The notes below the pieces were generated by a model, which saw only the letters and a program-made list of their open reading frames with translations, had not been told where the DNA came from and ran no database searches. Source: a virus. Taken from it: a stretch of 24,355 bases of DNA. Of this stretch, positions 14,318 to 24,355 are shown piece after piece. Location: UHGV virus genome UHGV-0230427. One strand, given 5' to 3'. Within the stretch, counting starts at the first letter, position 1. Every line of letters starts with the position of its first letter. The position numbers and the translations under genes are program-made.

Positions 14318-16516
14318 ATGGCAGAAAAAAAGATGACTGACTGGCATCGCAAGGTGCTGTGCAACTTTGATAATGCCTGGTCAGCAACGCAGGATATGCG
14401 TGAGCAGATTATTGAGGCTCAACGTTTCGTCCGGGTATCCGGCGCACAGTGGGAAGGCAGCACAAACGCTGGTTACTCATTTGATGAAGGCAGGTTTGAG
14501 CATTACCCGCGCTTTGAACTGAATAAGATTGCCCGTGAATGTGATCGCATCATTGGCGAGTATCGACAGAATCGCATTAGCGTTAAATTCAGGCCGAAGG
14601 ATGACAAGGCATCGGAAGCGTTAGCCGAAAAGATGAACGGCAAATTCCGCGCTGACTATCAGGAAACATCCGGTGGCGAAGCGTGTGATAACGCATTTGA
14701 TGATGCTGTAACGGGCGGATTCGGTTGTTTCCGCATGTGTGCCGATTACGAAGATGAAATGGATCCGAGTAACGAGCAGCGCCGCATCAGCCTTCTTCCT
14801 GTTTACGACCCAGCGACATGCGTCTTCTTCGATCAGGACAGCAAGCAATATGACCGTTCTGATGCTATGTGGGCTATGGAAATGTTCTCCATGACGCCTA
14901 AAGCGTTCGAGGCTGAATACCCTGATTCCATCGCGGCAGGCCTTTCTCGTGATGGCACTGGCACTCAATATGACTGGTCAACGCCAGATGCCATCTATGT
15001 TGGGCGCTACTACGAAGTTCGCATAGAGAAGGTGAAGCTCACGGCGTGGCGCAACCCTGTTAGCGGAGAAACGGCAATCTATGATGAAGATCAAATCAAA
15101 GATATTGTCGACGAGCTGACCGATGGCGCATTCGAACTGATTGGCGAGCGGACAGTGAAGAAACGCCGCGTTTATTGCGGTCTTCTGTCTGGCGCTGAAT
15201 GGCTGGAAGAACCGAAGCGTATTCCGGGTGAACATATTCCTCTCATCCCGGTATATGGGCGTCGCTCATTTGTTGATAATCAGGAGCGAATCGAAGGCCA
15301 CGCTGCAAAAGCGATGGATGCACAGCGTCTTGAGAACCTGATGGTTTCCATGATTGCAGATAACGCTACTCAGGCTGGCGGTGATGGCATTCCTATCGTG
15401 GATGTTGATTTCATTCCCGGTCCATTAATGAATCACTGGGCAGAGAGGAATAAGAAAAGACCTGCAGTTCTTCCCATGACCAGCAAGAAGGACAAAAACG
15501 GAACGGTCATTTCAGAGGCTCAGGTTGCTGGCTGGACACCTCCGACACAAATGCCTCCTGCTCTTGCCGGGCTATTGCAGTACACCGGAACGGCTATTCA
15601 GCAAATTACAGGTGCGTCGCAGCTTGAGAACATGCCGAGCAACGTCGCCACCGATACCGTTGATAGCATTTTTAACCGGATGGATACGCAGTCCTATATC
15701 TACATGGACAACATGGCTAAATCCATGCGTCGCGCTGGCGTCGTGTGGCTTTCTATGGCACGTGAGGTCTATGGCAGTGATACGCCGATGCGTATCGTTA
15801 ATGAGGACGGCAGCGATGACGTGGCGCTGATGACTGGTGAAGTGGTTGACCGTCAGACAGGGCAGGTTATCGCGCTTAATGACCTTTCGCAGGGCAACTA
15901 TGAAGTGACTGTCGATGTCGGTCAGTCGTTCGCTACTCGCCGTGATGCAACGGTTAAGTCGTTACTTTCCATGCTGGCACTTATCCCACCAGGAACGCCG
16001 AAGCACGACCTTGTATCGTCGATGATTCTCGACAATATGGACGGCGAAGGGATGGACGATCTGAAAGAATACAACCGCAATCAGTTGCTTCTGTCTGGCG
16101 TTATCAAGCCGAGAACGCCTGAAGAACAGCAGATGGTTGAACAGGCGAAACAACAACAGGCCAGTCAGCCAGATCCGGCTATGGTTGCAGCGCAAGGTCA
16201 GCTTCTTGCTGGTCAGGCTGAATTGCAGAAAGCGCAGAACGAACAGGCAGCCATTCAGGTTAAAGCATTCCAGGCACAGACTGATGCTCAGGTTGCAGCG
16301 GCAAACGTTGTGAAAATCCTCGCATCTGCCGATAGCCAGCAGAAATCTGATATCCGCGAGGCTCTGAAACTGCTCGGACAGTTCCAGCAACAGCAAGGAG
16401 ACAATGCCCGTGCTGATGCAGAGCTTGTCCTGAAAAGTCAGGCACAGGGCCATGCGCAGCGCATGGACATCAGCAGCATCCTGCAAAAATCAACCCGGCA
16501 ACAACCACAGCAGTAA
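14318..16516 (+). CDS. Portal protein (P22 gp1-like)
   Basis: 732-aa ORF; multiple blocks shared with recalled P22 portal (RRVY, GEHIPLIPVYG, PDPAMVAAQGQLLAGQAELQKAQN, QRMDISSILQ) including the C-terminal Gln/Ala-rich barrel region. Confidence 0.95.
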   Translation: MAEKKMTDWHRKVLCNFDNAWSATQDMREQIIEAQRFVRVSGAQWEGSTNAGYSFDEGRFEHYPRFELNKIARECDRIIGEYRQNRISVKFRPKDDKASEALAEKMNGKFRADYQETSGGEACDNAFDDAVTGGFGCFRMCADYEDEMDPSNEQRRISLLPVYDPATCVFFDQDSKQYDRSDAMWAMEMFSMTPKAFEAEYPDSIAAGLSRDGTGTQYDWSTPDAIYVGRYYEVRIEKVKLTAWRNPVSGETAIYDEDQIKDIVDELTDGAFELIGERTVKKRRVYCGLLSGAEWLEEPKRIPGEHIPLIPVYGRRSFVDNQERIEGHAAKAMDAQRLENLMVSMIADNATQAGGDGIPIVDVDFIPGPLMNHWAERNKKRPAVLPMTSKKDKNGTVISEAQVAGWTPPTQMPPALAGLLQYTGTAIQQITGASQLENMPSNVATDTVDSIFNRMDTQSYIYMDNMAKSMRRAGVVWLSMAREVYGSDTPMRIVNEDGSDDVALMTGEVVDRQTGQVIALNDLSQGNYEVTVDVGQSFATRRDATVKSLLSMLALIPPGTPKHDLVSSMILDNMDGEGMDDLKEYNRNQLLLSGVIKPRTPEEQQMVEQAKQQQASQPDPAMVAAQGQLLAGQAELQKAQNEQAAIQVKAFQAQTDAQVAAANVVKILASADSQQKSDIREALKLLGQFQQQQGDNARADAELVLKSQAQGHAQRMDISSILQKSTRQQPQQ

Positions 16517-16606
16517 TTAACCCATAACGTGCAATGGCTGTCTTTATGAGGCCTGGCACCCTATTGCCTTCCGATGGGCTGAACATCGAGTAAACAGGGG
16601 TAACAA

Positions 16607-17500
16607 ATGGACCAGATGGCAGAAAACACACCAGAAGTTGAAATCGAAACCGACGCGTCAGAGCAGATTCCTGATGATGTCGAACTGGCTGAAGAAGTCG
16701 AAACAGAAGATGGCAGTGAGTCCTCCGGCAATGATGCAGAGGAAGCTACTGAAACTGATGACGACGAATCAGAACAGGAATTCTACTTTGGTGATGAAAA
16801 GCTGGATTCGCCAACCAGCGAAGATAGCGCAGAGCATGGACTGGTAAAACACCTGCGCAAGACGATTAAAGAGAAAGACCGCGAGCTGAAAGAGCTGATG
16901 CGTCAGTCTCAGAAACCCGTCGAGCAGCAGCCGGTAATCACTCAACCACCGCGAATGCCAAAACTGGATGATGAGGACATCGGTTTCGATGAAGAAATCT
17001 ATCAGCAACGCATGGCTAAGTGGGCAGAGGATAACGGCAAGTACCAGCAACAGGAGATGGCTCGCAAGCAGAAGGAGCAGGAGCTTCAGGCTGCTTATCA
17101 AGAGCGATTATCCAAATATCAGCAACGTGTTAAGGCTCTCAAGGTTCCTGGCTATCAGGAAGCAGAACAGGCCGTACTCGAGGAAATCCCCATCGAGACA
17201 CAAAACGCGATCCTGTTTGAGTCAGAGAAGCCGGAAATTGTTGTTCTGGCGCTTGGTCGCAACGCTGAACTGCGCAAGCAACTGGCAGAAGCTACCAACC
17301 CCGTAGCAATTGGTCGTCTGCTGGAACGTATCGAATCGAAGGCCAGAATCATGCCAAAAGCAAAAACCACGGCAGCCACAACCCCGACAGTTAAGGGGAG
17401 CAACGGCGCAGTAATCAACAACCTCGACAAATTGAAAGCCAAGGCGCTGGAAACTGGTGACTGGACGCCGTATTTCGCCGCTAAAAAGGCAAAAAAATAA
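16607..17500 (+). CDS. Scaffolding protein
   Basis: 297-aa highly acidic, coiled-coil-rich ORF between portal and coat, as in P22 gp8. Confidence 0.85.
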   Translation: MDQMAENTPEVEIETDASEQIPDDVELAEEVETEDGSESSGNDAEEATETDDDESEQEFYFGDEKLDSPTSEDSAEHGLVKHLRKTIKEKDRELKELMRQSQKPVEQQPVITQPPRMPKLDDEDIGFDEEIYQQRMAKWAEDNGKYQQQEMARKQKEQELQAAYQERLSKYQQRVKALKVPGYQEAEQAVLEEIPIETQNAILFESEKPEIVVLALGRNAELRKQLAEATNPVAIGRLLERIESKARIMPKAKTTAATTPTVKGSNGAVINNLDKLKAKALETGDWTPYFAAKKAKK

Positions 17501-17518
17501 CCTATCGGAGCATTAAGC

Positions 17519-18772
17519 ATGACTAACCAATTAGCAAAAGACCTTGAAATCATGTTCGAAAACTACGTTGAAGGCTTTGAGGCCGCCTGCGTAGTTTCCC
17601 GTAACGCTAAAAAATTCCGTCCCGGTGATACAGCAATGCAGCGAGCAGGTGATGTTCTGTATCGTCCGCAGCATTACCACATGAACATTGAGGAAGGCCT
17701 CGATCTCAGCAGCAAAACGCCAACAGCACTGGTTCAGCGCCTTGTTCCTTCTGTGTTCAAGGAGCCGAAAAACATTCTGTACACTCTGGATGCGCGTGAA
17801 ATGCGTGACCCGGAACATAAAACTGAAGCTGGTCGAGCCGCAGGTATGCGCCTTGCTGCACAGATTGACTCTGACCTGATTTCCATGGTCACGCAGCGTG
17901 CTACTAACGTGATCACAATGGCTGACTCAACCACTGGTTCACAGGGCCGTGATTTGTGGAACTGTGCGGCAGGTATTGATGCCACCATGACGGCGATTGG
18001 TGTACCACAGGGTATCAACCGCCGCTCTTTCTGGAACCCCTTCAACTACAAAGACCTTGCTGGCGAGCTTGGTCACCGTGCCTATGCTCAGGGCGCAACC
18101 CTGACAGCATACGAAAAAGCGCAGATCCCTCCGGTTGCGTCCTTCGATAGCTACAAGACGGATATTTCTGGTCGTGTTCCGAAGGGTGCAGCAACTTCCC
18201 TGACGCTGGCGGCTGAACCTGCGCACAAGGTTGAAGCGAAAGATGCCAACGATATGCCAGTGGATAACCGACAGGGGACTATTACGGTATCTGCATCTGG
18301 GTTGCAGGTTGGCGATGCGTTCACCATTGCTGGCGTGAATTCTGTACACCAGATCACCAAAGACACCACCGGGCAGCCGCAGGTATTCCGCGTTCTGGCA
18401 GTAAGCGGAACGACAGTAACTATCTCCCCGAAAATTCTGCCGCCTGACAACGCGGATGTCGCCAGCCGACCATATGCAAACGTTGATGCTAACGCGGCAA
18501 GTGGTGCAGCAATTACCATTCTCAACAAAAATGCCGCACCGGCTAACCTGTTCTGGGCTGATGGTTCTGTTGAACTGATGTACGGCAAACTGGCGTTCCC
18601 AACTGGTCAGGGTCCACAGGTAATGACGGCAACCACCGAGCAGGGCGCTACGCTGATCATGTCTTACGCCTTCGACCACATCAAAGGTGTAACCACTGCG
18701 CGTTTCACCACCCTGTACGGTTGCTCTGTACTTGTTCCTGAATATACGGGCATCGTTATTGCCGGGCAGTAA
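17519..18772 (+). CDS. Major capsid (coat) protein, P22 gp5-like
   Basis: 417-aa ORF in the canonical position; size and scattered motifs (NLFWADGSVEL, FRVLAVSG) consistent with P22-type coat; followed by a strong terminator. Confidence 0.9.
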   Translation: MTNQLAKDLEIMFENYVEGFEAACVVSRNAKKFRPGDTAMQRAGDVLYRPQHYHMNIEEGLDLSSKTPTALVQRLVPSVFKEPKNILYTLDAREMRDPEHKTEAGRAAGMRLAAQIDSDLISMVTQRATNVITMADSTTGSQGRDLWNCAAGIDATMTAIGVPQGINRRSFWNPFNYKDLAGELGHRAYAQGATLTAYEKAQIPPVASFDSYKTDISGRVPKGAATSLTLAAEPAHKVEAKDANDMPVDNRQGTITVSASGLQVGDAFTIAGVNSVHQITKDTTGQPQVFRVLAVSGTTVTISPKILPPDNADVASRPYANVDANAASGAAITILNKNAAPANLFWADGSVELMYGKLAFPTGQGPQVMTATTEQGATLIMSYAFDHIKGVTTARFTTLYGCSVLVPEYTGIVIAGQ

Positions 18773-18778
18773 TTTTGG

Positions 18779-18802
18779 TGGGGCTTCGGCCCCATTTTTA
18801 TT
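18779..18802 (+). terminator. Rho-independent terminator after the coat gene
   Basis: Stem TGGGGC (18779-18784) pairing with GCCCCA (18789-18794) around a TTCG tetraloop, followed by TTTTTATT; 7 nt after the coat stop. Confidence 0.7.
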
Positions 18803-18813
18803 GGGAGAAGACA

Positions 18814-19002
18814 ATGGCACGAACAATGCTCTATAAGCCTGGCAACATGATCACCTGTGGCCAGTTTGCTGTCGATTACATCATTGTTGATGACGAAGAA
18901 GTTAAATCTCACCTGAAAAAAGGCTGGGTAAAAACTCCTGAAGAAACCGCAACGAAGCATAAAGTGGCTAAGGCGGAAGAAGATGGCGAAAACGAAGGGT
19001 GA
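18814..19002 (+). CDS. Hypothetical small protein between coat and gp4
   Basis: 62-aa ORF (MARTMLYKPGNMITCGQFAVDY...) with GGGAGAAG RBS (18803-18810); the ORF track's upstream extension would run through the terminator hairpin. Confidence 0.55.
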   Translation: MARTMLYKPGNMITCGQFAVDYIIVDDEEVKSHLKKGWVKTPEETATKHKVAKAEEDGENEG

Positions 19003-19444
19003 TCTCGTTCTTAAGGCTTTACGAAAAGCCGGGCTGTATTCCAATGCCACGTTGACAGATGCTGACCCTCAGGCAATTGAAGATGCCATTAATGACCTCG
19101 AAGACATGATGGCAGCATGGCAGGCTAAAGGTATCGAGCTTGGATATCAGTTTGCTGATACAGAAAACGGCATCATGCCGTTACCTGACGATGATTCAGG
19201 TATCCCTGCATGGGCAAATGATGGCGTCGCTTTGAAACTCGCTGTGCAAGTGTGCATGGATAACGTCATTCAGCCGTCAGACGCTCTCCTTACCGCTGCT
19301 GACAGCGCATATCAGACAATCTGTATCGCTTTAACCAAAATACCACCACTTGAGCGGCGAAATGACATGCCTCGCGGTAGTGGTAACAAAAGCGCGTTTA
19401 CGTGGAATCGGTTTTACATCGAGAAAGATGATCCGAGTACGTGA
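18983..19444 (+). CDS. Head-completion / tail accessory factor gp4-like protein
   Basis: 153-aa ORF; N-terminal TKGDLV..ALRK.G..S.ATLTD..PQ...DA..DLE.MMA.W and C-terminal MPRGSGN match recalled P22 gp4. Confidence 0.85.
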   Translation: MAKTKGDLVLKALRKAGLYSNATLTDADPQAIEDAINDLEDMMAAWQAKGIELGYQFADTENGIMPLPDDDSGIPAWANDGVALKLAVQVCMDNVIQPSDALLTAADSAYQTICIALTKIPPLERRNDMPRGSGNKSAFTWNRFYIEKDDPST

Positions 19445-19453
19445 GGTGAATAA

Positions 19454-20872
19454 ATGCCGATTCAGCAACTTCCGCTTATGAAAGGTGTCGGCAAAGACTT
19501 TCGAAACGCCGACTATATCGACTATCTGCCAGTGAATATGCTGGCTACACCAAAAGAAATCCTTAACAGCAGCGGATATCTTCGCTCATTCCCGGGCATT
19601 GCCAAACGTTCTGATGTGAACGGTGTATCTCGCGGCGTCGAGTACAACATGGCGCAGAATGCTGTTTATCGTGTGTGTGGTGGCAAGCTGTACAAAGGAG
19701 AAAGTGAAGTCGGTGACGTTGCCGGAAGTGGTCGCGTATCAATGGCGCATGGTCGTATATCACAGGCGGTAGGGGTTAACGGGAAACTGGTCGAGTATCG
19801 CTATGATGGCACGATTAAAACCGTCTCAAACTGGCCTACAGACAGCGGATTCACGCAGTATGAGTTAGGTTCTGTTCGTGACATTACTCGTTTACGTGGG
19901 CGTTATGCGTGGTCAAAAGACGGAACTGATTCATGGTTTATCACTGACCTTGAAGACGAATCGCACCCTGACCGATACAGCGCACAATATCGTGCAGAGT
20001 CTCAGCCGGACGGCATCATCGGCATCGGAACATGGCGAGACTTCATCGTCTGCTTTGGTTCATCGACGATTGAATATTTCTCCCTGACTGGCGCAACCAC
20101 CGTTGGTGCTGCTTTGTATGTCGCACAGCCATCACTGATGGTGCAGAAAGGTATTGCCGGAACCTACTGCAAAACGCCGTTTGCTGATTCGTATGCGTTC
20201 ATCAGCAATCCGGCAACAGGTGCGCCGTCTGTGTACATCATCGGATCCGGTCAGGTATCACCAATCGCCAGCGCGAGCATTGAGAAAATCCTCCGCTCCT
20301 ACACTGCTGATGAACTGGCTGATGGCGTGATGGAATCGTTGCGGTTTGATGCTCATGAGTTGCTGATTATCCACCTTCCGCGCCATGTCCTCGTATACGA
20401 CGCATCTTCAAGCGCCAATGGTCCGCAATGGTGCGTACTGAAAACAGGACTGTATGACGATGTGTACCGCGCTATCGACTTCATTTACGAAGGCAATCAG
20501 ATAACGTGCGGCGATAAACTGGAGTCCGTGACCGGGAAATTGCAATTCGACATCAGCAGCCAGTACGACAAGCAACAGGAACACCTGTTGTTTACTCCGT
20601 TGTTCAAAGCAGATAACGCCAGAGTTTTCGACCTTGAAGTTGAATCGTCAACTGGCGTTGCTCAGTACGCTGACCGCCTTTTTCTCTCTGCAACCACTGA
20701 CGGCATAAATTACGGTCGTGAGCAGATGATTGAGCAGAATGAACCGTTCGTTTACGACAAGCGTGTTTTGTGGAAGCGAGTCGGGCGCATCAGGAAAAAT
20801 GTCGGCTTCAAATTGCGCGTTATCACGAAGTCACCTGTCACTCTGTCTGGCGCTCAGATAAGGATTGAGTAA
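19454..20872 (+). CDS. Tail hub / head-completion protein gp10-like
   Basis: 472-aa ORF closely matching recalled P22 gp10 along its length ([49 protein letters not shown]...). Confidence 0.95.
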   Translation: MPIQQLPLMKGVGKDFRNADYIDYLPVNMLATPKEILNSSGYLRSFPGIAKRSDVNGVSRGVEYNMAQNAVYRVCGGKLYKGESEVGDVAGSGRVSMAHGRISQAVGVNGKLVEYRYDGTIKTVSNWPTDSGFTQYELGSVRDITRLRGRYAWSKDGTDSWFITDLEDESHPDRYSAQYRAESQPDGIIGIGTWRDFIVCFGSSTIEYFSLTGATTVGAALYVAQPSLMVQKGIAGTYCKTPFADSYAFISNPATGAPSVYIIGSGQVSPIASASIEKILRSYTADELADGVMESLRFDAHELLIIHLPRHVLVYDASSSANGPQWCVLKTGLYDDVYRAIDFIYEGNQITCGDKLESVTGKLQFDISSQYDKQQEHLLFTPLFKADNARVFDLEVESSTGVAQYADRLFLSATTDGINYGREQMIEQNEPFVYDKRVLWKRVGRIRKNVGFKLRVITKSPVTLSGAQIRIE

Positions 20873-21720
20873 TGGCGGATTCGAATCTCAATGTGCCGGT
20901 AATCATTCAGGCTACACGGCTCGACACATCAGTCCTTCCACGCAATATCTTCTCGCAGTCGTATCTGCTTTACGTTATCGCACAGGGCACTGATGTTGGT
21001 AACGTGGCTAACAAGGCCAACGAGGCCGGACAGGGCGCTTATGATGCACAGGTCAGGAACGATGAGCAGGATGTGATTCTCGCTGACCATGAGCAGCGAA
21101 TTTCTGCTGCGGAAGCAACGCTTGTTAATCATGAGGAGCGAATCAGCCAGGCAGAATCAACTCTTCAGGAACATGAAACACGAATAGCTCAGAATGAAAG
21201 CGATATTGCGTCGCTTGATACCAGAGTTCAGTCGCTGGAATCGCAGGTTTCAGACCATGAAACGCGCATCGATGCTCTGGAGTATGCCACTACTCGCAAA
21301 AAGTCGGAGGTTGTTTACTCTGGCGTATCAGTAACCATTCCGACAGCGCCGACCAACCTTGTTAACCTGCTGAAAACGCTCACGCCGTCATCCGGCACGT
21401 TGGCACCATTCTTCGACACCGTTAACAACAAGATGGTTGTGTTCAACGAGAACAAAACCTTGTTCTTCAAGCTGTCGATCGTCGGGACGTGGCCCAGCGG
21501 AACCGCCAACAGGTCAATGCAGCTAACCTTTTCCGGCTCTGTTCCTGACACACTGGTAAGCAGTCGCAACTCGGCGACAACGACCGATAACATCCTGTTA
21601 GCTACGTTCTTCAGCGTGGATAAAGACGGCTTTCTTGCCACAAATGGCAGCACGTTAACCATTCAGTCGAATGGTGCGTCGTTTACTGCCACAACCATCA
21701 AGATAATCGCGGAGCAGTAA
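20872..21720 (+). CDS. Tail needle gp26-like protein with extended C-terminal (knob-type) domain
   Basis: 282-aa ORF; N-terminal ~70 aa match recalled P22 gp26 ([35 protein letters not shown]); a central run of five 14-aa coiled-coil repeats ([14 protein letters not shown]-like); C-terminal ~130 aa unrelated to P22 and beta-rich in composition. Confidence 0.9.
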   Translation: MADSNLNVPVIIQATRLDTSVLPRNIFSQSYLLYVIAQGTDVGNVANKANEAGQGAYDAQVRNDEQDVILADHEQRISAAEATLVNHEERISQAESTLQEHETRIAQNESDIASLDTRVQSLESQVSDHETRIDALEYATTRKKSEVVYSGVSVTIPTAPTNLVNLLKTLTPSSGTLAPFFDTVNNKMVVFNENKTLFFKLSIVGTWPSGTANRSMQLTFSGSVPDTLVSSRNSATTTDNILLATFFSVDKDGFLATNGSTLTIQSNGASFTATTIKIIAEQ

Positions 21721-22175
21721 TGATTCAGTTCAAACCAACGCGAAACATCGACCTGATAGAAGCCGTGGGAAATCACCCCGACATTATCACCGGGAGCAAC
21801 AACGGTGATGGATACGACTACAAGCCTGAATGCCGTTACTTCGAGGTGAACGTGCACGGGCAGTTCGGCGGCATTGTTTACTATCAGGAGATTCAGCCGC
21901 TGACATTCGATTGCCACGCCATGTACCTGCCAGAGATTCGCGGATTCAGCAAGGAAATCGGGCTGGCGTTCTGGCGATACATTCTGACTAACACCACCGT
22001 TCAGTGCGTAACATCGTTCGCTGCACGCAAATTCCGCCACGGTCAGATGTACTGCGCAATGATTGGCCTTAAGCGTGTAGGAACCATCAAGAAATACTTC
22101 AAAGGCGTGGATGACGTGACTTTTTACAGCGCCACACGCGAAGAACTAATCGACTTCCTGAATCACGGGAGATAG
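21720..22175 (+). CDS. gp14-like virion assembly protein
   Basis: 151-aa ORF in the position of P22 gene 14 between the needle and ejection-protein genes; assigned by synteny and size. Confidence 0.7.
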   Translation: MIQFKPTRNIDLIEAVGNHPDIITGSNNGDGYDYKPECRYFEVNVHGQFGGIVYYQEIQPLTFDCHAMYLPEIRGFSKEIGLAFWRYILTNTTVQCVTSFAARKFRHGQMYCAMIGLKRVGTIKKYFKGVDDVTFYSATREELIDFLNHGR

Positions 22176-22177
22176 CC

Positions 22178-22870
22178 ATGTTATATGCATTTAAGCTGGG
22201 CAGAAAACTGCGCGGCGAGGAACCTTATTGCCCTGAAAAGGGTGGGAAAGGTGGCAGCTCTGATAAAAGCGCAAAGTATGCAGCAGAAGCTCAGAAGTAT
22301 GCCGCAGACCTGCAAAATCAGCAGTGGCAGACGATCATGAAAAACCTTGCTCCGTTCACGCCTCTTGCGGAGCAGTATGTTAACCAGCTTCAGAACCTTT
22401 CCAGTTTAGAAGGTCAGGGGCAGGCACTTAATCAGTATTACAACTCTCAGCAGTATGAAGACCTTGCAGGTCAGGCTCGTTACCAGAGTCTTGCTGCTGC
22501 AGAGGCTACGGGAGGACTTGGTTCGACAGCCACAAGCAATCAACTGGCCACGATCGCGCCGACTCTCGGTCAGTCTTGGTTATCAAACCAGATGAGCAAT
22601 TACAACAATCTGGCAAACGTTGGGCTTGGTGCGCTGCAAGGTCAGGCAAACGCCGGGCAGACGTACGCCAACAACATGAGCAGCATTGCACAGCAAAGCG
22701 CAGCTCTTGCCGCTGCTAATGCCAACAAACCATCAAGTCTTCAGACAGCAATTAGTGGCGGAACGTCCGGTGCGATTGCCGGTGCAGGTCTTGCCAGCCT
22801 TTTGGGAACATCAACACCTTGGGGCGCTGGCATTGGTGCTGGTATCGGATTGCTTGGCTCGTTGTTTTAA
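22178..22870 (+). CDS. Ejection (internal virion) protein gp7-like
   Basis: 230-aa Gln/Ala/Gly-rich ORF with a Gly-rich hydrophobic C-terminus, matching the size and position of P22 gp7. Confidence 0.8.
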   Translation: MLYAFKLGRKLRGEEPYCPEKGGKGGSSDKSAKYAAEAQKYAADLQNQQWQTIMKNLAPFTPLAEQYVNQLQNLSSLEGQGQALNQYYNSQQYEDLAGQARYQSLAAAEATGGLGSTATSNQLATIAPTLGQSWLSNQMSNYNNLANVGLGALQGQANAGQTYANNMSSIAQQSAALAAANANKPSSLQTAISGGTSGAIAGAGLASLLGTSTPWGAGIGAGIGLLGSLF

Positions 22871-22879
22871 GGGGTAATC

Positions 22880-24268
22880 ATGGCTACTTGGCAAGGATCA
22901 AATGGCGGATTGTTGGCTGGTATCGGTGGCGTCAACTCAAACGCTCCGAACGTAAATGACATCGGCAATACGCTTCAGCTTATCAGGCAGAACAATGATA
23001 TTGAGCGTTCAGGCGCTAACAATGTTGGGCTGACTGCTTTGCAAGGCCTTTCAGGTATTGCGGGGGTGTTTCAGCAGGAAAAGCAGGCTCAGCGGCAGAA
23101 AGAATTTCAGCAGGCATACGCTAATGCTTATGCGTCTGGTGATCGCGGTGCTTTGCGTCAGTTGGCTACTCAATATCCAGACCAGATTGAATCCGTTCGT
23201 AAAGGCATGGGATTCATTGATGAAGAGCAGCGTAATTCTATCGGCACCTTAGCAGCTGGCGCACGCCTTGCGGCCTCGTCTCCAGAAGCAATGCAATCAT
23301 GGCTGCAAAACAACGCCAAGGAACTGACTCGCGTCGGTGTTGACCCTAATAACGTTGCTCAGATGTATCAGCAGAATCCTTCAGGATTTGGTGAGTTTGT
23401 TGATCACCTTGGAATGGCTGCTCTTGGTCCGATTGATTACTTCAATGTTCAGGACAAGATGGCTGGTCGTGAAATTGACCGAGGCAGACTGGCAGAGACA
23501 ATCCGCAGCAATCAGGCCGGAGAGGCGCTAACAGCACGAGGTCAAAACATCACGATGCGCGGTCAGGATTTATCTGCTTCTACTGCGCGACGCGGGCAGG
23601 ATTTGGCAATGCAGCGAGCGTCAACAAGAGGAACCGCTGGGAATGACGAGCGTACAGTTCAGTTATCAGATGGCAGAACTGTAACGGTAGGCGGGAAGCT
23701 TCACGGCGCTGGGGCTAATGCGTTCTACGAAGGCATCGACAACGAGGGGAATATGGTTCGCGTTCCTGCCAGTTCAATCGCAGCGCCTGCAACATCGTCT
23801 GCATCAGCACAAAACTATGCCATGAAGAAGGATATCGACGCGATCGCAAATGCAGACGCTTCTGCTCTCGATTTCATGACAGGAATGACCGGCGGTGCAG
23901 GTAACCCGGCAATTGGTGCTGATGTTCGCAGCCGATTAACAGGAAAAGAGCAGCGCCAGTTATATAACTCAGCACAACGTATTCAGGGAAGAATGCAGAA
24001 TCAGGGCGTGGCGGCAGCAAGGGACATGGGTGCCAGTGGTATTAACACCGTTGCAGAAGCGAAGATGTATTTTCAGGGGATGCCGCAGGTTGACTATTCA
24101 AGCCCGGAGGCTATGCAGCAGTCGATTCGTGAAATTCAGGAATACACCAACAATTACAACCAACAATATAACGTTAATGTTGGTAAATCTCAGCGGCAGC
24201 AATCTCAACCTGCACAGGTATCACAGCCAGCAGCCAGCAGTAACTTTTCTTCACTATGGGGTGATTAA
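22880..24268 (+). CDS. Ejection protein gp20-like
   Basis: 462-aa ORF with the position, size and composition of P22 gp20. Confidence 0.8.
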   Translation: MATWQGSNGGLLAGIGGVNSNAPNVNDIGNTLQLIRQNNDIERSGANNVGLTALQGLSGIAGVFQQEKQAQRQKEFQQAYANAYASGDRGALRQLATQYPDQIESVRKGMGFIDEEQRNSIGTLAAGARLAASSPEAMQSWLQNNAKELTRVGVDPNNVAQMYQQNPSGFGEFVDHLGMAALGPIDYFNVQDKMAGREIDRGRLAETIRSNQAGEALTARGQNITMRGQDLSASTARRGQDLAMQRASTRGTAGNDERTVQLSDGRTVTVGGKLHGAGANAFYEGIDNEGNMVRVPASSIAAPATSSASAQNYAMKKDIDAIANADASALDFMTGMTGGAGNPAIGADVRSRLTGKEQRQLYNSAQRIQGRMQNQGVAAARDMGASGINTVAEAKMYFQGMPQVDYSSPEAMQQSIREIQEYTNNYNQQYNVNVGKSQRQQSQPAQVSQPAASSNFSSLWGD

Positions 24269-24355
24269 TGGCTAAAGCATGGAAAGATGTTATCGCCTCT
24301 CCACAGTATCAGGCGTTAGCACCAGAACAAAAAGCGCAGGCTCAGGAGCAATACT
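24268..24355 (+). CDS. Ejection protein gp16-like, 5' fragment (continues beyond the window)
   Basis: ATG overlapping the gp20 stop (TAATG); open frame to the window end ([29 protein letters not shown]...); assigned by synteny only. Confidence 0.5.
   Translation, partial: MAKAWKDVIASPQYQALAPEQKAQAQEQY

Noticed and set aside
15962-16486. 174-aa minus-strand ORF inside the portal gene
   Set aside because: Antisense to the C-terminal Gln/Ala-rich part of the portal; no RBS; low-complexity translation typical of a frame opposite a biased coding region.
17939-18826. 295-aa minus-strand ORF, the longest antisense ORF in the window
   Set aside because: Lies entirely antisense to the coat gene, which has strong positional and sequence support, and would cross the coat terminator; most likely a chance open frame in GC-balanced coding sequence.
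21088-21297. About 210 bp of 42-nt tandem periodicity
   Set aside because: This is the coding image of the coiled-coil 14-residue repeats of the tail needle, not an independent DNA repeat element.

Overview
This window is a contiguous slice of a mosaic lambdoid temperate phage or prophage of an enterobacterial host, read left to right from the early-left region into the virion genes. All identifications below come from reading the sequence and recalling known phage proteins; nothing was checked against a database.

Layout: N-type antiterminator and nutL (minus strand), a candidate pL/OL, then a BRO-N/DinD-like gene with its own terminator sitting between pL and the repressor gene. Next come a CI-type repressor with a lambda-like C-terminal domain but a different N-terminal DNA-binding domain, the OR region, cro, nutR, cII, lambda-type O (with ori iterons), P and ren, and a tR2-like terminator. 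The nin region is rearranged: an extra membrane ORF, ninB, a Dam-like methyltransferase, ninE, a hypothetical, ninF, a Rha/KilAC antirepressor-like gene, a NinX-like gene, rusA and ninH. Then Q, PR'/qut with a short terminated transcript, and the lysis cassette S, R, Rz/Rz1. The right third is a P22/Sf6-type head and tail-accessory module: small and large terminase, portal, scaffold, coat, gp4, gp10, gp26 needle, gp14, gp7, gp20 and the start of gp16.

The two best candidates for an undescribed system are: (1) the BRO-N/DinD-like gene at the rex-equivalent position (805-1647), and (2) a translationally coupled cassette of four small ORFs between the lysis genes and the terminase (11573-12473), which includes a 129-aa protein with an HExxH zinc-peptidase-like motif and a 64-aa Cys-rich protein. 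No tRNA, rRNA, CRISPR array or transposase was seen.
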